Shown one piece after another: positions 1-8,702 of a stretch of DNA of 64,000 bases. Each line of letters begins with the position of its first letter. Within the stretch, counting starts at the first letter, position 1. Both the position numbers and the translations under genes were made by a program. Origin of the DNA: an uncultured Anaerolineales bacterium (GTDB lineage: Bacteria; Chloroflexota; Anaerolineae; CG2-30-64-16); assembly GCA_964513075.1 (NCBI GenBank), contig CAZELR010000002.1, positions 1,205 through 65,204 on the forward strand, given 5' to 3'. The notes beneath the pieces were generated by a model, which ran no database searches, was not told where the DNA came from, and worked only from the letters and a program-made list of their open reading frames with translations.

Positions 1-135
1 CGCAGTGTCATTGCGAAGCGACCCGGCAAGGAAGTCCAGATAGTCATCCTGAGTGGGTCAACCATCCAAAGTCAGTTGCGGCGAGGCCCCAGCGAAGGAT
101 CTTGTCGACAGCCGGTGTTTTAAGGGAATGAGCCA

Positions 136-1002
136 GTGAGAACTGATTTTGACCTGTTGATGTTCGGTCACTTCGCTGTCGACCATATCATCGTCGATGG
201 TGTGGCCGAGACCGTATCCGGCGGCGGCGTGTATTATGGCAGCGTCGCAGCCCGGCGGCTGGGTGCGCGGGTGGGCGTGGTGACCCGGCTGCGCGAAGCC
301 GACTTCCCCCGCCTGGAGGAGCTGCGCGCCGAGGGCGTGAGGGTCTTTGCCGCGCCCGCTGCCGAGACGTCGGGCATCGCCAACTATTACAACTCGGCCG
401 ACATGGAGCGCCGCGTCTGCGTGCCGCTGGGCTTTGCCGGGCCGATTCAGCCAGCCGATGTGCCGGATGCCCGCGCGCGTATCTACGCGATAACGCCTAT
501 CATCGCTGGCGAAGTGGATCTGGCACTCCTGAAGACGCTGGCTGGGCGCGGATCGGTGGCGCTGGATGTACAGGGCTTCGTGCGCGTCCGTGTGGGCGAT
601 GAACTGCTCTTCCGCCCCTGGCCGGAGATGGCCGAAGGGCTGCGCCACGTGACCTACCTCAAGGTGGACCGCGCCGAGGCCGAGTCGCTGACCGGCGAGA
701 CCGATCTCGCCATCGCGGCGCGCAAGCTGGCGGCGTACGGCCCCAAAGAGATCGTTCTCACCCAGTCGGCCGGTGTCACCGTCTACGCGGATGGCGGGCT
801 GCACTTCGCGCCCTTCACCCCGCGCTCCCTGGCCGGCCGCACCGGCCGCGGGGACACCTGCTTCGCCACCTACCTGACCAAACGCCTCTCGCTCTCCCCG
901 GCCGAGGCGTGCCGCTGGGCGGGCATCGTGACCACCCTCAAGCAGGAGCAGCCCGGCCCCTGGCGAGGAACGGTTGCGGAGGTGGAGCGGCTTTGGGGCT
1001 AG
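136..1002 (+). CDS. PfkB-family carbohydrate kinase (ribokinase-like)
   Basis: 288-aa ORF with GTG start after AAGGGAA; C-terminal GRTGRGDTCFAT matches the PfkB anion-hole signature; the antisense ORF 58..1029 has no recognisable domains. Confidence 0.75.
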   Translation: MRTDFDLLMFGHFAVDHIIVDGVAETVSGGGVYYGSVAARRLGARVGVVTRLREADFPRLEELRAEGVRVFAAPAAETSGIANYYNSADMERRVCVPLGFAGPIQPADVPDARARIYAITPIIAGEVDLALLKTLAGRGSVALDVQGFVRVRVGDELLFRPWPEMAEGLRHVTYLKVDRAEAESLTGETDLAIAARKLAAYGPKEIVLTQSAGVTVYADGGLHFAPFTPRSLAGRTGRGDTCFATYLTKRLSLSPAEACRWAGIVTTLKQEQPGPWRGTVAEVERLWG

Positions 1003-1041
1003 GGTTGTCAACTTTCCAATAGCTGGCAACCCTGGCTTTTC

Positions 1042-2826
1042 CTATCGGATGTGCCCAAGCGCATCCGATACTAGTGCTTCCGGTACTCCATCTACCATCT
1101 CGACCCGTCCGATATCGCGTATTACCACGAAGCGCAGGCTGCGGCCGCGGCGTTTCTTGTCCGTGCCCATCGCGGCCAGCGCTGCGTTCGGGTCGAAGGA
1201 GTAGCGGACCGGCAGGCCGTGGCGTTCGACCGCGCTGCGGATCTTTTCGGGCAGGTCAATCGCACACAGCCCCAGGCTCGCGCTGAGCTCGGCCGCGGCC
1301 ACCAGCCCCAGGCCCACCCCCTCGCCATGGCGCAGCGTGAACCCCGAGATGAGCTCCAGCGCGTGGCCGAAGGTGTGCCCCAGGTTCAGCCACGCCCGGT
1401 CGCCGGCCTCGAACGGGTCGCGTTCCACGATGTCAGCCTTGACCCGGACCGCGGCGGCGATCATGCTGACCATGTCGGGTGGCTTTGCGTGGTGCGTATT
1501 GTGGCGACCTGCGGGTCGTGATGCGTATTGCGTGTTGCGTGTTGCGTGTTGCGTCTCTTTTTCCGGACTCGGGGCTTCAGCCGGTTTCTCGGGGCAGCGG
1601 GAACAACCGGCTAAAGCCTCGATTCCGGTGTCCAGGCGGTCGAAGAGCTCCGGATCGCCGATGATGGCGGTCTTGATGATCTCGGCCATGCCGGAGCGCA
1701 ATTCGACGCCTGGCAGGGTGGCCAGCAGGTCGGGATCGATCAGCACCAACGCCGGCTGTTTGAACGCGCCGACCAGGTTCTTCCCCTCGGGCAGGTCCAC
1801 GCCCGTCTTGCCGCCCACACTGGAGTCCACCATCGCCAGCAGGCTGGTTGGGATCTGCACGAACGGCACGCCGCGCAGCCACGTGGCGGCCGTGAACCCT
1901 GCCATGTCACCGACCACGCCGCCGCCCAGCGCGATCACCGGCTCGTTGCGCGCCAACTTGGCGGCTGTCAGTTGGGCATACAGGCCGGCCATCGTGGCCA
2001 ACGTCTTGTGCTGCTCGCCGTCCGGAACCTCGCAGACCAGCGGCTCGAAGCCGGCCACGACAAGCGATGTGCGCAGCGTCTCCAGGTGATATTGTCCGAC
2101 CGTCGGGTTGGTGATCACCGCGCAGCGGCCCGGGGGCAGGCCGGCCTCGACGATGTGGCGTCCTGCTTGTCTTAGGACCCCGCCCGCGATGAGGACCGCG
2201 TAGCCAGACGAAGGACGAACGACGGACGACGAACGATGGATGACGGACGACGAATCGGCTCCTTCGTTCTTCGTCTTTCGTCTTTCGTCTCGTATGACGA
2301 GGCAGTGCCCGCCCTCGGGCAACCCCGCGACAATACCCAGCACCCGCTCGGCGGCCGCGGCGATGGTCAGGTTGCCGGTGTCCAGGTGATGCGGTATGGC
2401 GGCGTAGGCATCGGCGCGCTGCGCGAGGAGGGCCCGGATGCGCGCCAGGCGGTCGCCTCCGGCGAGCATGGGACGGCCGGCGTCATCTCCGACGCGGCGT
2501 AGGATCACCTCGGGCGCGGCGTCGAGGCAGATCACCGTGCCTCCAGCCGCCAGCGCCTCCCGGTTGGCCGGATCGATGGCCGCGCCCCCGCCCGTTGCCA
2601 CCACCAGCCCCTGCGGCGCGGCCAGCTCCCGGCAGACGGCGGCCTCCAGCGCCCGAAACGCATCTTCGCCGTCTTCGGCGAAGATGGCCGGGATCGGTTT
2701 GGCGGCGCGTTCTGCGATGACGTCATCGAGGCTCACAAACCGACGTCCCAGCCGCGCGGCCACGACAGGGCCGACGCTGGTCTTGCCGGTGCCCATGAAG
2801 CCGGTGAGGATGATATTTTGTGTCAT
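1042..2826 (-). CDS. aroB: Shikimate kinase fused to 3-dehydroquinate synthase (AroK-AroB, one continuous ORF)
   Basis: N-terminal GFMGTGKTSVG Walker A of shikimate kinase; downstream DHQ synthase motifs (GGGVVGDMAGF, SSVGGKTGVDL, LNLGHTFGHALE); real start MTQNIIL at 2826; the track ORF is extended through an upstream heptamer repeat; two repeat insertions are read in-frame. Confidence 0.8.
   Translation of the reverse strand: MTQNIILTGFMGTGKTSVGPVVAARLGRRFVSLDDVIAERAAKPIPAIFAEDGEDAFRALEAAVCRELAAPQGLVVATGGGAAIDPANREALAAGGTVICLDAAPEVILRRVGDDAGRPMLAGGDRLARIRALLAQRADAYAAIPHHLDTGNLTIAAAAERVLGIVAGLPEGGHCLVIRDERRKTKNEGADSSSVIHRSSSVVRPSSGYAVLIAGGVLRQAGRHIVEAGLPPGRCAVITNPTVGQYHLETLRTSLVVAGFEPLVCEVPDGEQHKTLATMAGLYAQLTAAKLARNEPVIALGGGVVGDMAGFTAATWLRGVPFVQIPTSLLAMVDSSVGGKTGVDLPEGKNLVGAFKQPALVLIDPDLLATLPGVELRSGMAEIIKTAIIGDPELFDRLDTGIEALAGCSRCPEKPAEAPSPEKETQHATRNTQYASRPAGRHNTHHAKPPDMVSMIAAAVRVKADIVERDPFEAGDRAWLNLGHTFGHALELISGFTLRHGEGVGLGLVAAAELSASLGLCAIDLPEKIRSAVERHGLPVRYSFDPNAALAAMGTDKKRRGRSLRFVVIRDIGRVEMVDGVPEALVSDALGHIR
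1487..1555. repeat. Degenerate heptamer tandem array (GTRYTGC units), family C
   Basis: gtgcgtattgtg...gtgatgcgtattgcgtgttgcgtgttgcgtgttgcgt; other arrays at 2843-2882, 6219-6275, 26107-26150 and 44551-44624. Confidence 0.7.
2205..2292. repeat. Imperfect hairpin repeat (GACGAAG units / CTTTCGT units), family A, copy 1
   Basis: Left arm of GACGAAC/GACGGAC units, right arm TTCGTCTTTCGTCTTTCGTC; second copy at 6755-6853. Confidence 0.7.
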
Positions 2827-2885
2827 GATCGAGGACTTTCTGATGTGCTGCGTGTTACGTGGTGCGTATTGCGTATTGCGTGAGA

Positions 2886-4103
2886 TCATGTGTCGTAGCC
2901 GAAGTGCCACGGCGCGTTGTCCATGGGGAGATCCTCTAATCGGCTTTGGCGGAGCGCGGCAAAGCGCGGCAATTGCTCGGCCAGCGAATCGCCGCCGAGC
3001 TTGCGCATCAGCTCATCCGCCAGGACCCAGGCGACCATCGCCTCGCCGATGACGACGGCGCGCGGGACCGCGCAGAAGTCGGAGCGCTCGTAGCGGGTGG
3101 CCGCGGCCTCACCCGTGGCCAGGTCCACGGACCGCAGCGGCGTGAGGGTGGTGGCGATGGGCTTCATGGCCGCGCGGAGCACGATCGGCTCGCCGGTGGT
3201 GATGCCGCCCTCCAACCCGCCGGCGCGGTTGGAAGCGCGCCCTATCTCCCCCGTTCTCCCCTCTCCTCCGGAGAGGATAGGGGCCGGGGCTGGGGACCCT
3301 ATCTCGTCATGCACCTGCGTGCCGCGCAGCCGCGCGTTGGCGAACGCGGGCCCGATCTCCGCGCCCTTGACGGCCTGAATCGACACAATCGCCGCGACCA
3401 GTTTCGCGTCCAGTCTGCGGTCGAAGTGCACGTGGCTGCCCAGTCCCGGCGGTGCGCCCAGCGCTACCACCTCGAACACCCCGCCCAGCGTATCCTTGGC
3501 CTGCATCGTATCGGAAATGGCGCGGTGCATAGCGTCTGCGGCGGCAGGGTCGGGGCAGCGCACGTCGTTAGTCTCGGCCAGCGTGAAGCGGTCCTCGTAA
3601 GGCAGATCGTCCGGAATCTTCGCGTCCACTTCGCCGATGCTGGTGATGTAGCCGCCCACGGTGATGCCGAACTGGGCCAGGTATGTCTTGCAGATCGCGC
3701 CGACCGCCACGCGCATGGCCGTCTCTCTGGCGCTGGCGCGCTCCAACCCCGGCCGCAGGTCGCGGTAGCCGTACTTGATCGCCGCGGCCAGGTCTGCGTG
3801 GCCCGGCCGCGGGATCGTCATGGGCGGGATGTCTTTTTCGGCCCATGCCCTGTAGTCCAGGTTGGCTACTTCCAGGCCGATGGGCCCGCCGGTGGTGCGG
3901 CCGGCAGTTACGCCCGCGGTGATGCGAACTGCGTCTCGCTCGATCTTCATGCGGCCACCTGCGCCATAAGCGATCTGCCGTCGCGCCAGCTCCCGGTCGA
4001 TGTCTTCGGCCGCGAGCGGCAGCCCGGCGATTATCCCTTCCAGGATCGCGGTCAGCTTTGGGCCGTGGCTTTCACCGGCGGTAAGGAAACGCAATATAGC
4101 CAT
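2886..4103 (-). CDS. aroC: Chorismate synthase
   Basis: MAILRFLTAGESHG N-terminus and RASNRAGGLEGGITTGEP signature; carries an extra in-frame insert (GSPAPAPILSGGEGRTGEIG) encoded by a palindromic repeat. Confidence 0.9.
   Translation of the reverse strand: MAILRFLTAGESHGPKLTAILEGIIAGLPLAAEDIDRELARRQIAYGAGGRMKIERDAVRITAGVTAGRTTGGPIGLEVANLDYRAWAEKDIPPMTIPRPGHADLAAAIKYGYRDLRPGLERASARETAMRVAVGAICKTYLAQFGITVGGYITSIGEVDAKIPDDLPYEDRFTLAETNDVRCPDPAAADAMHRAISDTMQAKDTLGGVFEVVALGAPPGLGSHVHFDRRLDAKLVAAIVSIQAVKGAEIGPAFANARLRGTQVHDEIGSPAPAPILSGGEGRTGEIGRASNRAGGLEGGITTGEPIVLRAAMKPIATTLTPLRSVDLATGEAAATRYERSDFCAVPRAVVIGEAMVAWVLADELMRKLGGDSLAEQLPRFAALRQSRLEDLPMDNAPWHFGYDT
3239..3307. repeat. CCCTATCTCC / GGAGAGGATAGGGG palindromic mini-element inside aroC
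   Basis: Three copies of the ccctatctc core in inverted arrangement; translated in-frame. Confidence 0.6.
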
Positions 4104-4104
4104 C

Positions 4105-5382
4105 CTACCCCAGCACCCGCACCAGGTGATACTGCTTCTTGCCCGTCCTCAAGACCACGTAGGCGCCTTCGATGACCTGCGCGATGGTGATAGCTCCCGA
4201 CGCGTCATCGACGCGCACGTTGTTGACGTAGGCGCCGCCCGAGGCGAGCAGCCGGCGCGCCTCGCCTTTGGACTTCACCGCGCCGGTCTCGACTAACAGG
4301 TCTACGAGCGGCTTGCCTTCTCCCTCGAACGCCGTCTTCGGCTGCTCGCTGGCCGGCACGTCGGCAAAGATGTCGGCGATGTCCGACGCAGCCAGGCCTT
4401 CGATGGCGCCGCCGAAGAGCACTTGCGATGCCTTTTCAGCGTCGGCTAAGGCTTGGTCGCCGTGCACCAGCCGCGTCACCTCGCGCGCCAAGGTTCGCTG
4501 CGCGTCCCGGCGTTCGGGATGTTCCCGCGTCGCGGCCTCTTGGGCGGCGATCTCATCCGCGGTCAGCCAGGTGAAGTAGCGCAGGAAGTTGACCGCATCG
4601 GTGTCAGGCTGGTTCAGCCAGAACTGGTAGAAGCGGTACGGCGAGGTGCGCTGGGGATCCAACCAGATGGCGCCCTGTACGGTCTTGCCCAGCTTAACCC
4701 CCTCGGCGCCGGTGACCAGGGGGTAAACCATGCCGTAAGCCCGGGCGCCTTTGACGCGGCGGATCAGCTCGACGCCCGCGGTGATGTTGCCCCACTGATC
4801 GCTGCCGCCGGCCTGCAGGGTGCAGCCGAAGCGCTCGTGCAACTGCAGGAAATCGTAGGCTTGCAGCAGCATGTAGCTGAACTCGGCGTACGAGATGCCG
4901 TCCTGCCGGTCGAGCCTTGATTTGACCGAGTCCTTGGCCATCATGTAGTTCACCGTGAAGTGCTTGCCCACGTCGCGCAGGAAGTGCATCATCGGGATGG
5001 TGGTCAGCCAGTCGGCGTTGTTCACGATGCGGGCAGGGTTAGTGCGGACTTCGAAATCGAGGAAGCGCGCCAACTGGCCGCGAATCGCCTCCACATTGAC
5101 TGCAATCGTCTCCAGGCTTTGCAATTGGCGCTCCTGGCTTTTGCCGCTAGGGTCGCCGATCATGCCAGTGCCGCCGCCCGCGAGTGCGATGGGGGTGTGT
5201 CCCGCGCGCTGCATGCGCGCCAGTCCCATCAGCGCCAGTAGATTCCCCACCTGGAGGCTGGTCGAGGTCGGGTCGAATCCGATGTAGGCGGTCACCTTTT
5301 CCTGGGCCAAGGTATCAGGCAAGCCTTCGGTGAAGTCATACACCAGGCCGCGCCAGTGGAACTCATCGAAAACGTTGGTCAT
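4105..5382 (-). CDS. tyrS: Tyrosyl-tRNA synthetase (class I, with C-terminal S4 domain)
   Basis: GFDPTSTSL...[22 protein letters not shown] core, KLGKT (KMSKS) motif and S4-like C-terminus; the HIGH motif reads QVGN; embedded in the aro operon with overlaps on both sides. Confidence 0.85.
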   Translation of the reverse strand: MTNVFDEFHWRGLVYDFTEGLPDTLAQEKVTAYIGFDPTSTSLQVGNLLALMGLARMQRAGHTPIALAGGGTGMIGDPSGKSQERQLQSLETIAVNVEAIRGQLARFLDFEVRTNPARIVNNADWLTTIPMMHFLRDVGKHFTVNYMMAKDSVKSRLDRQDGISYAEFSYMLLQAYDFLQLHERFGCTLQAGGSDQWGNITAGVELIRRVKGARAYGMVYPLVTGAEGVKLGKTVQGAIWLDPQRTSPYRFYQFWLNQPDTDAVNFLRYFTWLTADEIAAQEAATREHPERRDAQRTLAREVTRLVHGDQALADAEKASQVLFGGAIEGLAASDIADIFADVPASEQPKTAFEGEGKPLVDLLVETGAVKSKGEARRLLASGGAYVNNVRVDDASGAITIAQVIEGAYVVLRTGKKQYHLVRVLG

Positions 5383-6283
5383 TTGCTTCTAGCTCCTTTC
5401 TCATCAGTCGGGCAAGACTGCCCGCATCGATTCCTGTCCACAATGCTGCCGCTTGCGCGCCCTGGTGCACCAGCATCCCCAGCCCATCGATGGCTGTGGC
5501 GCCTTGCGACCGGGCCAGCGCCAGCAGCGCGGTGGGCCGGTGATAGATCAGATCGTACACCACCTGGTCCGACCGGAACGCCGCATCCGGCTCCCACGGC
5601 AGCGCATCCCCTGCGTGTAACCCTAAACTGGTCGCGTTGACGATCAGGTCGGCCCAAGGCGCCAGCTTCGGCAAGGCGCCGGGAAACGCATGTGCGCTCA
5701 GCCGGTCAGTCGCATCGGGCAGGGCCGCGCACATTGCTCGACATAATCTATCAGCATGCTCCGGCGTCCGGTTGGCGACGGCCACCTCCGCACCGGCCTC
5801 CAGCAGCGCATAGGCCACCGAGCGTGCCGCGCCGCCAGCGCCGAGGACGATGGCTCGGCGACTTCGCACCCCATGCGCCTGTAAATCCGCCATGAATCCC
5901 GCGCCGTCGGTGTTGTCGCCCAACAGTGAGCCATCGGCCCGCACGATAAGGGTGTTCACAGCCCCCGCCGCCTGCGCCATCGGCGTCAGTTCGTCTAGGA
6001 AGGGCATGACCGCCTGCTTGTGCGGCACGGTAACATTGGCTCCTGCGAAGCCAAGCGCAGCCAGCCCGGCCACAGCCTCGCCCACGCGTTCCGGCGCCAC
6101 CGGCAGCGGCACATAGACCCAATCCAGTCCTAGCGCCGCATACGCCGCGTTGTGCATCGCCGGGCTCAGGCTGTGGTCCACCGGCCAGCCGAGCAGGCCG
6201 ACCAGGCGGGTTGCGCCCGTGATGCGTGATGCGTGATGCGTGGTGCGTGGTGCGTATTGCGTATTGCGTACTGCTTTAGTCAT
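5363..6283 (-). CDS. aroE: Shikimate dehydrogenase
   Basis: [12 protein letters not shown] and GDNTDGAGF motifs plus an NAD(P) Rossmann fold ([15 protein letters not shown]); the ATG at 6283 overlaps the aroA stop (ATGA); the first ~24 aa are encoded by a heptamer repeat array. Confidence 0.85.
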   Translation of the reverse strand: MTKAVRNTQYAPRTTHHASRITGATRLVGLLGWPVDHSLSPAMHNAAYAALGLDWVYVPLPVAPERVGEAVAGLAALGFAGANVTVPHKQAVMPFLDELTPMAQAAGAVNTLIVRADGSLLGDNTDGAGFMADLQAHGVRSRRAIVLGAGGAARSVAYALLEAGAEVAVANRTPEHADRLCRAMCAALPDATDRLSAHAFPGALPKLAPWADLIVNATSLGLHAGDALPWEPDAAFRSDQVVYDLIYHRPTALLALARSQGATAIDGLGMLVHQGAQAAALWTGIDAGSLARLMRKELEANDQRFR

Positions 6284-7710
6284 TCGTCCATCGCTGATTC
6301 GTCACTCGCCCACTCGATTTCCGCCCCCAGGGACCTCATCGTCTCCACGAAGCTCGGGAACGAGTCACCGATTGCTTCGGCCCCCCGGACGGTGGTCTGA
6401 CCGCCTGCAACCAGGCCGGCCACCGCGAGGGCCATGGCCAGGCGATGGTCATGGTGGCATTTTACCACAGCACCTCTCAGTTGGGTGGGTCCGGTCACAA
6501 TCATGCCGTCCGGTCGTTCCTCGATAGTCGCGCCCATCTTCCGTAGCTCTGTCGCGACCGAAGCAATGCGGTCCGACTCCTTAACTCGCAGCTCACCGGC
6601 CTCGCGCACGACTGTTACGCCCTCCGCCTGCGTCGCGGCTACGGCGAAGATCGGGAACTCGTCGATCGCACGCACGATCAGGTCGCCGGCGGCTTCTGTG
6701 GCGCGCAGGGCGGCGCCCTGAACGGTGATGTCGGCGATCGGTTCGCCTGTCGCGGATGAAGGACGAAGGACGGACGACGAAGGACGAAGGACGGATGACA
6801 AGGTGCTTTCCTGCGGGTCGGCGCTTTCGTCTTTCGTCTTTTGTCTTTCGTCAGTCACGCACATCTTTGCTCCCATCGCCGCCAGCAGATCATACAGCCC
6901 CGTGCGAGTGGGATTGACGCCGACGCCGGGCAGCCGGATCTCTGAGCCCGGCACGATCGCGGCCGCGACCAGTGGAAACGCGGCGGAGGAGAAATCGGCG
7001 GGGATAGTGATGCCGTCGAGAGGCGCGCGCAATGCTTGCCCGCCGCGCAAGCGAACGGTCAGCTCTTGGGACTCGACGGCCACACCGAAGTCGCGTAGCA
7101 TGCGTTCGGTGTGATCGCGCGATGGTCCCGGCTCGTGAAGGATCGTCTCACCTTCAGCGAACAAGCCCGCCAGCAGGATGGCCGACTTGACCTGAGCACT
7201 GGCGACCGGCAGGCGGTAATCGATGCCCCGCAGGTTGCCGCCCTGGATAGTGAGCGGCGGCAGCCGGCCGCCGTCGCGGCCCAGCACCGTCGCGCCCATC
7301 AGCCGCAGCGGCTCGGCGACCCGGCCCATGGGGCGGCGGCGCAGCGGCTCGGTTCCGGTCAGCACGCTGGTGAACGGCTGCCCTGCCAGGAGCCCGGCCA
7401 GCAGCCGGATGGTAGTGCCCGAGCCGGCGCAGTGCAAAACGTCCTCCGGTTCGGTCAAGCCGTGCAGGCCGCGGCCGCGGATGAGCAGATCGGAGCCGAA
7501 ACCTGTCTTCTGGTCGTCAATGCTCACTCCGAGGGCCTGCATACAGCGCAGCGTCGCCATGCACACCTCCGCCGGCACCCAGCCGCGGATGCGCGTCTCG
7601 CCGTCGGCCAACGCGGCCAGGATGATTGCCCGGTGGGTGATCGATTTGTCGCCCGGCACGGTGGCTTGTCCGCGTAACGGGCCGGAAGGGTGGATGATCA
7701 GGTCTCGCAT
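6280..7710 (-). CDS. aroA: 3-phosphoshikimate 1-carboxyvinyltransferase (EPSP synthase)
   Basis: MRDLIIHPSGPLRGQATVPGDKSITHRA matches the AroA N-terminus; start chosen at ATG 7710, although the track ORF extends to 7770 through a GTTGAAT repeat; contains an in-frame hairpin-repeat insertion. Confidence 0.85.
   Translation of the reverse strand: MRDLIIHPSGPLRGQATVPGDKSITHRAIILAALADGETRIRGWVPAEVCMATLRCMQALGVSIDDQKTGFGSDLLIRGRGLHGLTEPEDVLHCAGSGTTIRLLAGLLAGQPFTSVLTGTEPLRRRPMGRVAEPLRLMGATVLGRDGGRLPPLTIQGGNLRGIDYRLPVASAQVKSAILLAGLFAEGETILHEPGPSRDHTERMLRDFGVAVESQELTVRLRGGQALRAPLDGITIPADFSSAAFPLVAAAIVPGSEIRLPGVGVNPTRTGLYDLLAAMGAKMCVTDERQKTKDESADPQESTLSSVLRPSSSVLRPSSATGEPIADITVQGAALRATEAAGDLIVRAIDEFPIFAVAATQAEGVTVVREAGELRVKESDRIASVATELRKMGATIEERPDGMIVTGPTQLRGAVVKCHHDHRLAMALAVAGLVAGGQTTVRGAEAIGDSFPSFVETMRSLGAEIEWASDESAMDE
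6755..6853. repeat. Family A hairpin repeat, copy 2 (inside aroA)
   Basis: gaaggacgaaggacggacgacgaaggacgaagg ... ctttcgtctttcgtcttttgtctttcgtc. Confidence 0.7.
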
Positions 7711-7726
7711 GGTGAGTACCGTATGT

Positions 7727-8605
7727 TCAATGTTGAATGTTGAGTGTCGAACGTTGAATGCGGTGATCATGGGCGCGCGTCAGGGTTGTCCGCAGTGTGG
7801 GCTCGTCCTCTGCTGCCAGTGATTCACGCAAGCCTGCGAGCTGCGCCGCATAGGCGTCCAGCCAGTCCAGCACGGCCGAACGATTGGTCAGCAGGATGTC
7901 CAGCATCATGTCCACGTCGCTGGCGGCCAGGCGGGTGGTGTCGCGGTAGCCGGATGCTGCCAGCGACCGGGCTAACGGATCATCGGCGGTCGAGACGGTG
8001 TTGACCAGCGCGGCCGCGACCGCGTACGGCAGATGACTGATGGCTGCCACGGCCCGATCGTGCGCGGCCGGGTGCAGGATGACCGGCCGTGCACCGACCG
8101 CCTCTACTAACGCGCGGGCCTGGGCCAGCGCAGCGCCCGATGTCCGCGACAGGGGACAGAGAACAAAGGTCTTGTTGCGGTAGAGCCCCGCCTCAGCCGC
8201 CGCGAACCCGGCTAGCTCCTTGCCGCACATGGGATGTCCGCCCACAGGCTGCAATTCTGGGGGCAGGTTTGCTAGCGCCGCACAAATCTCGACTTTGGTG
8301 CTGCCCAGGTCGAGCACCAGCGCGCCGGGCCTGGCGGCGCGGCCCACCTCCGGCAGTTGGCGCAGGATCGTGCGGGCCGGCGTGGCGAGCACGATCACAT
8401 CAGCGTCTGCCGCGCCCTCAGCCAGGTCGGTCGTGCCAAAATCAATTGCGCCGGCCTCAAGCGCCGCGCCGAGCGTCTCTTGCCTGCGCGCGACGCCGAC
8501 GATGCGTTGAACGCCGTCCCCGGAACCTTCAGCCTCCCGCAGCGCCAGCGCCAGCGATCCCCCCATCAGTCCAAGCCCCACGATGCACACAGTCGGCAAG
8601 TTCAT
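7727..8605 (-). CDS. tyrA: Prephenate/arogenate dehydrogenase
   Basis: N-terminal Rossmann fold IVGLGLMGGSLALAL; TyrA-family length and layout; lies in the aro operon between the DAHP synthase and aroA. Confidence 0.8.
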   Translation of the reverse strand: MNLPTVCIVGLGLMGGSLALALREAEGSGDGVQRIVGVARRQETLGAALEAGAIDFGTTDLAEGAADADVIVLATPARTILRQLPEVGRAARPGALVLDLGSTKVEICAALANLPPELQPVGGHPMCGKELAGFAAAEAGLYRNKTFVLCPLSRTSGAALAQARALVEAVGARPVILHPAAHDRAVAAISHLPYAVAAALVNTVSTADDPLARSLAASGYRDTTRLAASDVDMMLDILLTNRSAVLDWLDAYAAQLAGLRESLAAEDEPTLRTTLTRAHDHRIQRSTLNIQH

Positions 8606-8702
8606 TATTTCCGCCTCACAAGGTTTCCCCCTGGCTCGGTCAGAGACCGGCCAGAGCGAACTGCTCCCCTGCTCCCTTTCTCCCCTGCTCCCCCGCTCCC
8701 CC

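Noticed and set aside
58-1029. 323-aa minus-strand ORF antisense to the PfkB kinase
   Set aside because: No recognisable domains and Arg/Gly/Ala-rich composition typical of antisense frames in high-GC DNA; the plus-strand ORF has clear PfkB motifs
2946-4175. 409-aa plus-strand ORF overlapping aroC
   Set aside because: Antisense to a strongly supported chorismate synthase; Arg-rich low-complexity translation
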